Made by a program: the position numbers and the translations under genes
Notes under the pieces: generated by a model
What the model was told of the DNA's origin: nothing
The model's database searches: none
Seen by the model: only the letters and a program-made list of their open reading frames with translations
DNA from: Pelomyxa schiedti
Taxonomy: Eukaryota; Protista; Evosea
Direction: 5' to 3'
Length of the DNA stretch: 53,864 nt
NCBI GenBank assembly: GCA_020536535.1
Contig: JAHLWZ010000899.1
Location: 1 to 53,864, forward strand
Shown: one piece after another, positions 1 to 11,600 of the stretch
How positions within the stretch are numbered: position 1 is the first letter of the stretch
Layout: every line of letters starts with the position of its first letter

Positions 1-110
1 GACCACCAGGAAGAGATTCTTCCTCTAACGAGGCAATCACAAAATAAAAATGATGACGTTTCTCAACGCGAATTGTTCCAAGGAAAACCCCACTTAATTG
101 CGAGGCACTC

Positions 111-1222
111 ATGACTGGCCCAGTTTCGGTGCTCAATCTCATTGTTACAGGCGACGATTTGGGGTAAACAACACCAAACACTTGCGCTCTTTTATCCTTT
201 TTTTTTCCGGGCCACACCAGCACCAAGAATACAGGTACTGCGAGGAGCGCACGCGAGGAATTCTGAGATGCTGGAAGGCAGGGAGGTTGTCTGGAGCGTC
301 GCTAATTGTGAACATGGAAAACTCTCAGCAGGCGGCGAGAGAAGCGAAGGAGGCCAACATGCCCCTGGGGCTGCACTTGAACATCACAGAAGGGTCGCCT
401 GTGTGCGTCGCCAGCGACGGCGACACGGCTACCTCGTCGATCACAAGGCGGGACTCGCGAGGAGGCCAGGCGCAGTTCCTGGGGAAGTTTGCGTTCGCGG
501 CCAAGGCAATGAGCGGTGGGGTCAGAGAGGACGACGTTGTGCGCGAGGTTGAGGCCCAGATTGCCAGATTCGAGGAGCTGGTGGGCACGTGTCCCACGCA
601 CGTGGACTCGCACCAGCACTCGCACGTCTTTGTGGCCGGGATTATGGGACCGCTCTTCCAGAGGCACGGCGTGACCAGCACGAGGATCCCGGGGGAGCGG
701 TACCGCGCCCTGATGGTCCCGCCGCCGGAAATCCCGGCGAGATTTCCGGACGCGGACGACAAGGCGGACGCTGGCACCAGGGCGTGGTTCTACGACTCGG
801 TCTCCCGGCTGGCCGAGAAGTCGCGCAAGATCTACGCGGCCGCTGGGCTGAAATCCACGACGTACTTCACCGGAGTATGGAGGGGAAACTCCGCTGATTC
901 CAGATCTACTGCGGCACTGTGTGAGGCCTTGGACGACGTTATGTCGGAGATTCTGGAACCACGGCAGGAACCACAGGCAGAAAGAAGGGAAACCGAAGGA
1001 GACCCTCGACCAAAGATCCCACTGGACCCCGAGATTGGACGCTTGGTTCCCAGCGTAGAATTCATGCTGCACCCCGGCTACGTCCAAGTCGGTGGCGGGG
1101 ACGATTTTTCCCGTAGCCAAGATCGAGTGCTGGAGATGGAGGCACTTTGTGCTCCAGATTTCGGACTGCATCTGGAGCTGAGACGCCCCTGCGTTGTCCT
1201 TGTTTCATGGGATCAATTGTAG
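111..1222 (+). CDS. ydjC: YdjC/ChbG/HpnK-family carbohydrate deacetylase
   Basis: ATG at 111 reads MTGPVSVLNLIVTGDDLG. A GT-AG intron at 164-234 joins it to YCEERTRGI. Family motifs are present: ASLIVN, GLHLNITEG, PTHVDSHQHSH, EFMLHPG. Confidence 0.9.
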
Positions 1223-1305
1223 GTCTCCCTGTCCTGTGCCAGTATCAAAAAAAAAAATCACGAATTCGTTACCTCGTCCTCCTTGTGATCAAAAAAAAAT
1301 AAACA

Positions 1306-4143
1306 ATGACAGACGGTGGGTCGTGCACGGTACCTTCGGCAAACAGTAACGAGGCAACATCAACCAATGCAGAGGATAAGAGAACGTGCGTGTGACGAAT
1401 TGACTGTTTCCATTCCCACGTGGCGTCGTTCTGTGTGGGGCTTAGGTTTTTTCGCAGACAATTTGAGCAAGGACTTACCAATTACACGGGCTCTGATCCT
1501 TTGGATTTGTGGTCATGTTTCATTACTTGGTCAAAGCAAAATTCACCACCTACTGTTTACAAGCAACTTGTGAAAAGATGCACAGGCACCCTCTCTTTGT
1601 TTTCCATTGTTCTCATATCGGCGAAGGCTTATTCATGAGTTCTACACAATACAAAAACGACCCAAGATACCTCAAGATTTGGATTGAATATGTTCGCCTT
1701 GCCACAATGACGAACATCCAAAATCTCTTTTTTTTTCCCTCTCTTCCTTTCCTTTAGGTTGGATGCAGCAAAAGTCCCTTAAAACATTTCCACACTATGA
1801 AAGCAAATGGGATCGGGTTGAGCCTTGCATTATTTTGGGATGCTTGGGCAGTCATGCTCGAAACAAATTTCAAGTACAGAGAAGCTTACCAAACATATAA
1901 AGATGGGATCGCATGGTTAGACTCCCTTCCTCCCCTGCTACAAAGTGTGATTCACTTCAGCAATGCTCGCCCAGTGGAGAGATTAAAGTCACATATGACC
2001 AAGTTTCTAACGAGAATGGCTAATAGGAAAAAGCCAGACACAACTTCCCCTGATTCCAAACAAGGTATTGTATTTCTAGTGGGGTTGGTGATTAATGTAA
2101 AATCAAGAGAAACCGCAACAAGTGCTAAAACCAACAGTGATTCCCCCGTCGATTCCAGTTATCCCTGTCGAAACACAAACAACCTTCCATTCACCTGAAA
2201 GACCCACTCAAGCCCTTCATACACCCATCCCTCAGACCCCAGAAAAACACTCTGTAGATTCACCTTCACAATTGAATCAAACACCTCACCCAAATGCATC
2301 TGCCTCCGTGCAGACCAGACCTACGGCCACGCCACCCCCAGTACAGGACATGCCGAAATCCATTACACCACCAAGTACACAGGAAGTGCAAAATGTTCAG
2401 ACAAGCCCCATGGTTGATCAAGAACAGTGCTCCCCACCCCCAAATAAAAAGATTTGTCTCACTGCAAGCCACTTGACCCCAAGTTTCCTTCCCTTTAAAT
2501 TAGTACAACTGAAGCTATCTAGGGCAAAATGACGATAACTCAGCTCCTAGTATTGATGCTTTATCTTACATACCTCTACAAGGCAAGCCAACTGAAGATG
2601 AAGCCTATATGCCACTTCACGTTAAATCGAGCCCGTCACGGCACACAGTTACTCCTGCAAAATCCCCTAAAACGGCTGCAGTAAAGCACACAACACCACT
2701 CATGCCACGGGAAGAAGAAGATAAAACACGACATATTTCTAAGCCAGTACTGCAGAGCATACAGAAACCACCCCCATTATCTCCGCCAAACACACCAATG
2801 CAGAGTCGTTCCTCCACTTCTCCCCTTATAGGCACCCACCCAACCAGTGTGCATCTTGTTCAACACAAGGCGCCATCATCTGCACTTGTGGACATGGACT
2901 TGTTTGACGAAAAACTTGTCATATTAGGTTTGGTACCCTTCTTCCAGAAGATCTTACAAACATTTAATGTTAGGTGACAAGCTTTTCTGGGCCAAACCCC
3001 ACGATAGGCCTCCAAGAGGAACAAACAGTGAAGAGTTTATTGTGTGGGAAGCTTCTGGATTAGGTGGGGAGGATCATGAATACCTTCTGAAGGTAGCTTC
3101 CTTGTGTGTGAGGCCTCTGATTCCCTATCAGATTTCCCCTGCTTTGCAGTCGATGTTATGTCACAGGGAAGAAGTTATTTTACATAATTTGTCTGAGAGA
3201 GCAAGCAAAGATGAGGTAACCAGCAAAAGTGAGGTTCCACAAAGTGATCCCGCTATTAGATGAAGCGAATATCCAATTTAGTTACAATGGTTCATCAGGA
3301 TGATGTTTGTTGCATGCTATTTGATTACTCATTAGTTTTGAAATTTTCTTTGGAGGTTCTTTCATTCTCTTCAAACTTATTTTCTTTACCATGGGTGACA
3401 ATAAAGGATGTAATAAAATGTTCAGTGCCTTCCTCAGCGGAAGTTTATATGTTCTTCCTAATTGATATCTTGCTCATCCTGAAAACTCTGACTACCAACA
3501 ACATCGCCCATTGTGCTTTATCTCCTGTGAACTTCATTTTAAGACTAGGATCACCGTTGCGTGTGCTTTGAAACCGCCCTTTTTCCCCCAGCATACTCAC
3601 CACTGTCTAGGTTACTTCCCGCTAAACCCTGGAATCCCACAGAGTGGCATGATAGGGTTAGTGCAATTACAAAAATACAACAAGTACTCATGTCTCTAGG
3701 GGTTGAGATTAATCAATTTTGAAAAGGCGGTAATTTTTGGTGATAATCCAAGTGGCCACACTAAACATTTGGTAACATTACCACCTACCTTTCATTCAGT
3801 ACTGACGTTTACATACCAGAACGATCTGACCGCATTTGCCACAATTTTGGATCTTTTCTCTGCGGCCTTGGACAAGGAAAATTCTGAACGGTATTGATTG
3901 TCACCCCCGAGCTTTTAGGCTCAACAATATTTTAGTCCTCAAAATGAACCTTTCAAGCAATTCCGCAACTCTCTGGAGACATTACTGGCAACCTCCGAGA
4001 AACCCAACTGGTTGGAGATAGTAACAGAATTTCTTGATAAGATGGCAGCACAAGCAACCAGCTGGTTACAGGACAAATCCAACAATGAGCCATTGAAATT
4101 ACAGGAGTCGATGAGCCTGCTTCTCATGGAATTGCTGAACTAA
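1306..4143 (+). CDS. Bub1/Mad3 (MadBub) family spindle-checkpoint protein: N-terminal TPR domain, Pro/Ser-rich linker, degenerate C-terminal kinase
   Basis: The Mad3/BUB1 homology region appears across exons: SDPLDLW, QYKNDPRYLKIWIEY, MKANGIGLSLALFWDAWA, NARPVERLK. C-terminal kinase-like motifs are NIAHCALSPVNFIL and GLRLINFEKA. Multi-exon; stop TAA at 4141-4143. Confidence 0.85.
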
Positions 4144-4266
4144 GTTTCTCTTCCGACTAAAGGCCTTGACCAAAGATAATCCAAAACAATCTTTCCAAAT
4201 ACTCCCCGGGTTTGGCTTCTTTTCCATTTTCAAATTAACTACGCCAAAACACCAACCAGCCATCAT

Positions 4267-4902
4267 CTAAACAGACAAGAATCGTTCCACTGCCTCATAC
4301 AGTGATGTGTAGTCTATGGCGTCATAGTCCGTAGTATCCACCAGCAAGGTTCCGCCCCCGCACCCCCCCTTCCCTCCCACGACATCAGCCGGGCCGTACA
4401 CCCCGTCCCGCAGCTTGGCCTCCAAGTCCCCCGAGGCCAGGCCCTCGGCGTCCCGGTGCCCCGGGTGCCTCTCCGAGGCCCTGAGGGCCACGCGGCGCAG
4501 CAGGGTGCCCACGTCTGCGGTGCAGTGGATCTGGAGGATCGGCTGGGCCGAGAAGCAGGGGTCGGGCAGCAGCACCGACTGCACGAACTCGCGCCGGAAG
4601 TTGGACTCCACGACAAAGGGCCGGCCAGAGGCCAGCTGGACCCTAGCTATCTGCAGAAGCAGGGCTATCGTGGCTTCATTATGGGTCTGCAACAACGCCG
4701 GCGTGGCCGTGCCGTAGTGCCCAAACAGCAACTCCTTGATGTCGTCCTACATTTGTTTATTTGTTTAATTGTTTGTTGGTGCCTGGGCACATGTGGAATG
4801 TACCTTGTTGAATACTGGGAGGGAGAACTTGGATCCCAGTTTGTGGCTGAGTGTTGTCTTGCCACTGCCAGAGGGTCCCGTGATGAGAATAAACAGCCCC
4901 AT
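4267..4902 (-). CDS. Small P-loop kinase, AAA_33/gluconokinase-like (bacterial-type predicted kinase)
   Basis: Exon 1 reads MGLFILITGPSGSGKTTLSHKLGSKFSLPVFNK (Walker A). After one intron comes DDIKELLF...FVVESNF...ILQIHCTAD...LLRRVALRA...RHPGHRD...LLVDTTD. Confidence 0.8.
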
Positions 4903-4942
4903 TTTCCGTTGATGGTTTAAAATGTTTTACGCAAAAAAACTT

Positions 4943-7525
4943 TTATGTTTTTTGTTGTTTGGTGTTGGGTGGAGGCCTGCCATGTGAAGTGGGAATAGTT
5001 TACAGACAGCGGGGAATGTTGTTGTTGGAGCGTTATGCTTTCTTTACCAGTTGGTGTACCGGGCCAGGCAGACAAGGAGCCCAGAGTCAATAAGGTCGAT
5101 GTTGAATACGTTCTTGAGTCCGTTGGTAACATAAAGCTCCCAGTTGTTCATGCCAGTTTCGGCACAGAATGTAGTCTCATAAGAAGAGATAGACACGCGG
5201 TAGCGTGGCTGTGTGAGGTCCAGGTTGGGTTGTTCCGGCTTTTGTGGAGTTTGCTGTTGGTGCTTTTGCTGGTGCTCTCTGCTGAGAGACTGTGAGTGAG
5301 CGTTGTCTCGATTTGGTGTTTGATTGGGAACACCCCCAGAATCTGACAGGGACTTCTTGGAATTATGTGTTTTGGCATCTTCTGCTTCCGGCGATGTTTT
5401 ACTTGGTTTTTCGGGGGTGACGGGTTTTGGGGCCGGTGTTGCGGACTGGGGCAGAGGCAATCTATCGAACTTCGCCAGCTTTGTGCCGATATATCCCGGC
5501 ACTCTGGGTACTGTCACGTAATAGTAGTGCGCACTGCAGACCGCCATGTAGCTGGTGAACTGGGGAGCAAGGAGCAGAATTCGTACAACCACTGCTGGAC
5601 CTGGTTTGGCATTAAGGATAGGACAGTAAGACTGAAGTGAATACCTCCAACGCGACAAAGGAAGGCTGCATCTAAAGGGTGCGCGGCGAAGGGCGGGGAT
5701 ACTCGGGGCTGTTGTGGTCGGACTTGCATATGACGGTGTGAGTGTCTGTGCCGATGGTGCCTGGGTTGATAGTGGTAGGGTACATATGGATTATACAGGA
5801 GCGGAGAGTAGGGGAGAAACTGTTGCTGTTGGCGATACAAGTTGTTTTCTTCATGCATGATGGCCTGTTGTGAAAGGACAGCTCTTTGAAGGTGTGGCGG
5901 AACTGGGTCGTGTCTGTGTCTTAGAGGAACCATGGGAACATATCTCGGCATATACTGTGGCTGCTGATTACTTACAAACTCTTCTTCGGTATCTCCATAA
6001 TCATCAGGCACGTCTTCCTGTAGCCGAGGACGATAGTGGGCTCTGGTGGGAAGTTGCACTTGCTGTGGAGCGTAGTTCTCATATTCTTCTTGGAGATACG
6101 AGTAATCTGCTGGCGGTGCATACCCTTGGATGCCAGCAGCATATGGATTGATTTCCTCGGTCTGATAATCTGGAGATGGATATTCTTCTGCCTGGTCATT
6201 GTCGGAGGGGAGGGTATCACCCAACACTTCAAAGGCTGGTTGCATGAAACGATTATATGCCGGAATTGTGGGTGCCATTGGAACTGGATACGGTGGTGTG
6301 GAATGAAAGGCTGGAAAACTGGCAGTATCTTCCAGCTCCTCTTCATACGTCACAGGTTGATTGTGGTGATCCTGTGGAGGAGGTATCATCATGCGAAGCC
6401 TTTCTTGTGGGACTCGGCATCTTGGTTGACTATTGTTTGGACGAACGGTTCCACGTGAAACTTTAGTTTGTGGGGGCCGTTTGCCAGTGGCTCGGACTGA
6501 AGGAAGGGAGCATGCTTCCTTCTGTGCAATGATGTGATGTTTGTTAGGAGACCTTTGAGATAGAGGAGGAAATGATTGCACTAAGGTTTCCTCAGTTACA
6601 GTGTGCTGAGGGCTTGAAGGAAGAGGAGGGGGTGAGGGCGGTGCTCTTGGAGCATCAGTCTGCGGTTGTAAAGGGTGAACGGGAAGGCCGGATTGAAACA
6701 ACTGCTGCTTTTGCTGCACAAGGTCGATTTCGTTACTATCACACACTGAGCGAACCACGTCAACTTCAAAAGAAGAAGTAAATCGGAGGGTAGCAAAGGA
6801 AATTACATAAAACGTAAATAGATTACTTACAGTTTTCCTGACAAGGCCTTGATTGAATTTGAAAGGGTGTACTTATGAGTACTTGAGATCTTAAGTTCAC
6901 CACCAGACAAAGAGACGAGACTTGCATATGTATTCTGAAAGGGGTAGATGAGACTTGTACGGATTTAGCTAAAACAAGACCTCGAAGAGGAACATATTCC
7001 CCTTGCCTCGAATTTGTACTCCTCAACATTCCCGTCACGAATTTTTGGAACCCGCTGAGTGGCAGTCACTCTCACTGGAGACTTACCATCACCACAACAA
7101 GTAGCACATGTTACGTCTGTGATTAACCGAATAGTTAACTTCGTCAGAATCTCAGTTGGGTAACACACTTTCTAATGTTTGCCACGCGCAGGTACTTGCA
7201 CGAACACATGAAGTACATATTTCTTCATTAGATATCCCCTCCTTATTGCGCCAATCCTGCTTCACCAGTAATAGCATCTTCGTAGCTAGTCAGTAAAAAC
7301 TAAAAAAAGGAAGCTGGGGTTCTTCAATCACCCATGACTCAAAAGGAAAAAGACCAAAAAAGGGGGGAGAGAAGACGAACACAATCACATTTTAGTGCAC
7401 ACCAGTGAAGTAGAACGAGAAGAAATCCTTGGAGGAAGAGCCAACACCGCCACTGTGTTTGGCCACATTACAACAGACACTCCCTTTTCACTCTTCTCAG
7501 CCTTCTCACCCTTCTCACTTGCCAT
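4943..7525 (-). CDS. Hypothetical multi-exon protein: DnaJ-CTD/zinc-knuckle-like N-terminal part (CATCCGDG) and a long Pro/Gln/Tyr-rich middle region
   Basis: Long ORFs 5514-6758 and 5044-5658, plus upstream short exons (SYEDAITG, CATCCGDG, VEEYKFEARG) bounded by GT/AG. The start is uncertain. Confidence 0.5.
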
Positions 7526-8601
7526 GGCACTAGTCCAGCTCCACCAACTAGGTCTGTGTGCACAGAGGTTGGTGTCAAAAAAGGGGCAGTATTTGCCAAA
7601 AAAATAACCAAATGAAAAACCAAGTGGTTTCTCTCACTCTGTGGGTGATATACAACACAACACAACAAACCCAACAACAAGAGCACACAGACACACCTTT
7701 CGCGATAACGGTGATGGGATTCAGCTATTTGGTTTTTGTGTTGTTCTTTATGCAACAGCATGTCCCTTCTCGAAAATGACAGCCACACCAAATTGCATTT
7801 TTCGCGGTGTTACAAACACCACCTGTTTCTTGTCCGTGTGTGGAAGTAGTAGCTAACATAAAAGGGAACTGTCGTAACCGAAGTTCTCGTCCCGGCGTTT
7901 TTTCCTTTTGCTTTTTGTGCTGACCAGCGTCTTTTTTTCCTCCGAGTTTCTCGGGGGTGCCGATCAAACTTGTTCCAATTCAGTCATCGGAGAGATGCAG
8001 ATACAATAATGTCTGTGATCAAGCTCCCCTTAGCAGAAGGCGAGAGAGTGGAACTGCGGAATTGGGCAGAATCTCTCCCGTTTTTAGGGTTGACGGCAGA
8101 GAAAAAAGTGTGTTGTCCGCGAAAAGGCCGGTGTCATTTCGCCCCTCGAATTAATGCAAGTCCCTCTCCCCCGATGAGTTGCTCCTTTGCTTTTTACACT
8201 GACTCAGATACGGTTGATTCTCCTGGACGAGTACTCAGTGGTGCTTAAGATAGGTTTGTGTTGGGAGTGTCTGATATGATTGTTTGGGATGTAGTTGGTG
8301 TGCTTGATGTGGGGAACTAAGTTGGACAGCTCAAGAACCCCTGTATTTGAGCTTTGAACACTCTGAACAATTCAGCGGTGCTTGTTTGGGCAGTGTGTTC
8401 CACTACAAAATCATTTTGTTCCCCGTGGGGAAGCATTCCATGTGATCAGAGGCCATAAAGGAAGGTGGGCGATCAACAAATCCAGCCCAACTGATGTCTC
8501 ATTCGACGAAAAGCCTTTTTTGTTTTTCGTCCCCTGGACGCACACGCGAAAATGCCAGCCACGAAAAAAGGCTGTGTGAAGAGCAATTAAATACCACCCA
8601 C

Positions 8602-11600
8602 ATGAGCTCCATTGAAGAGCAACAGGCCGTTGGCGCCACTTCGTCAGCATCACCTTCAGCAACAACCACCACCACCACCGCCGCTACCACCACCCACCAC
8701 AGACACCGCAGGACCCTATCATCTCCATCACCAGAAACCACCTCCGCCGGCAGGAACTTGAACCGCGGCGCGGGGGGCACAGAGTACTCTAGGATGGATG
8801 GGACAGGGAGTAAACCTGGAAGTGTGGTGGAAGACCAAGGAGGGGTCGATGACATGGCTCTGGGTTCGTCGTCGTCTGGAAGCTCCGAAGAATTGGCGGG
8901 AGACAATAAGGACCACTCGTCGCCGAGCGGTGGCCGTACTAATAGCTCCGGGGGAACCACTCTTACTGGGACTAGGTACAGGTCGTTTGATGCAATTCAG
9001 TTTGCTAGCTTCCAGTCTCTGAGGAGGGAGCTGCCCTTCAGGCTCAATTCGCGGCCTCTGTTCAACTGCTTGATTTACGGCCTGTTTGCTATTCAGATTC
9101 TGGGGTTTGGATTGCATCCGAATGCATACTACTCACTTTCCCCATCTGCCTCGGCGTCAACTTCCGAGTATTCTGAATCGCTTACTGAGGCTCAGGCCTG
9201 TGCTGATGGCTGGACAAGAAAGGCCGCTGATGTTGGGTGGTGGATTCTTATGGGCGTAAATTATGTGAGAGGAGGCATTGACTTCGTGCCGATTTTATTC
9301 TGGGTTGCTGTTGGTATTACACTGGCATACAATTTCGCCTTTCTATTTGGCCTTTTTCAGATATCGAGAGGCCAATATGGTGAACCAATACTTCTTTTTT
9401 CCTCCCCACTGATCTTTTCATAGAGTCTTCATTTTGGTTGCTATTCCCATTTTTAAAGGTATGGCGCTAGTTCAAGCTTTTTTGTATTAATGTTGTAATA
9501 AGTTCTCAAGTGTCATATCTCCGTGCATTTTTCCTCTATTGTTCCGAGTGTGTCTCAGTGCCGTAAATAGAGATAGTGCTTGGCAATCTGCCTCTAGTAA
9601 TGTAATCTCAGCTGTTGGAATTATCTGCTTCATTTTATTACTGCTCGATTCTCTGCATATAAGCAATTTGTATTTTCTTGACCACCATCACTCCACATGA
9701 CTGTAATTTAGAATGTACGAATTTCGGAAAAGTTGGGGAATGTTGAGTTGCACAACTGGCTTCCATAAGTCACTGATCTATTGTGCAGCTGCACTATCCA
9801 CTTTGACTGAGTGCCTTCTACTTCCAAAAGGTGGTACTTCAGCAGTTGCACATTTCTGCATCATAGGATGCTTCTGGGTTGTTTGCCTAGCTGAACACCT
9901 CTATCTCCAGGTTTTGTTGTCTAATTTCCACTTGAATCTGAGATATTTTTTATCATTTAAAGGCTTATTTCAATACGACTATCAATAAAGTAGAAGCTGG
10001 ATTTTTAAGCTGCTTAGTATTCAGTTGCTTCACTGCTGTAGCAGTAACAGGTGCTCAAGCAATCAATTTTCCAGCCTGTGGCACCTGCTTGATTATTTTG
10101 GCTATTACTTTTATTGGCCTATTTCTTTCTTTTTGGGCTGGTATTCTGTTTATATGGATACGAAATTTCCGGATCCTGAAGTATCTTCCAAATGCACTAC
10201 ATCGGGGGACAAAGGCAGTCCCTTTTAGGTTTCACCCTAATCCAACCTCACTCAATTAAAGTTAACTGCACTTACAGCAGTGTTGTCATGTATGATATTG
10301 CCGCAAAAATTGTTTCTGCAAGTGCTACTCCGGAGACTCTCAAGCAAGCAGAAAAAATTTATAAACGCGGCAGAAAGTACTTAAAAGTTTTTGAGTCAAA
10401 CTAACAATAAAAAGAGCTTATCCTAATTCTGCATACCTGTGCCTGAACTTTGCCTCATTCTTAATTGATGTGAAAAAAGACTCCCACGCAATGGCAGTAC
10501 AGGTAACTTCTATGTGTGATTCTTCCAATGTTGAATGTATTATTTAGATTCGTCATGCTAAAGATATGAAACCTTGGGAGATTCAGCTTTATGCTTCATA
10601 CTGCCTTTCAAAAAGTGTAAATGGAAAGAGTAGTGATGGTGATGAAAAGGAAATGAACCTTGCTATTGCACGCCAAAATCATAGGTTTTCATACCCAATC
10701 CGTGTTAACTATTAAATTAATCACTCCAGTGCTGCCAAGAAGAAAATTGTTGAATTTTGGACAACTCTGCTCCGGAACAATAAGTCAGGACAAAGAAGTA
10801 AGCAGTTGATGCTTTTGACCTCTAGTCTGGATTTCCACGAGAAAACTGCCAATCAACTGTTCCAGAAGCTTGTGTATGTATGCACATCTGTTAAAACACT
10901 TAGAACTTGTAGGGCCAAGTTCTCACGTGATCCTGAAGTATTGCGATATTATGCTCTTTTCTTGATGGACATTTGCGATGACCGTGAGCAAGCAGACCAA
11001 CTCTATGCAGTGAGTATAATTATTTTGACTCTGTATCTGATATGACAACAGCTAGCTGATGAGTTTGACTCCACACCGGCTGGCTCTAAGAACAATAAGT
11101 AAGTTGAGCTATTTTTGCACTTCTCTGACCAACTGCGTAGGGATGTTCGTTTTTTTCTCCAGACTCAAGCTGCTGCAGAACAACGAATGGTGCAAAACCA
11201 GGCGAAGCAGGAAATTCCACCTCACACAGCTGATTCCAACCAAACTTCTCTCAAAGACCAGCTGCAACCCCCACAAATTCCTGCTAGTTCATCAGTGCAT
11301 TCTCGAATTTCTCAGCTTGTTACGAACTCATCTGATCTTCAACCTAGTACCTCTAGCAACGTCGTTTCGAATCTCGCAGTGTCCCCTTCCCACAGTAGCA
11401 TCAGTGAATCCCCGTTTTTACCTTCAACATCTCCTGGTGTTGTTAGTGCTTCAAGTGTACATAGTGCAGGTCAAATGAATAGTGACAATAGAACAAAGTT
11501 GCTCCAGTTCAAGAGTGAAATTGATGGAATGAGGTTTAATAAGATTTATTTACTGTTAGCCAACAACCTACAGGTCACAGACCACCCTGTTTTTGCGAAT

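Noticed and set aside
302-1171. 289-aa minus-strand ORF (and similar antisense ORFs at 20572-21087 and 41206-41772)
   Set aside because: These are stop-poor shadows of GC-rich or low-complexity exons of identified genes on the opposite strand.
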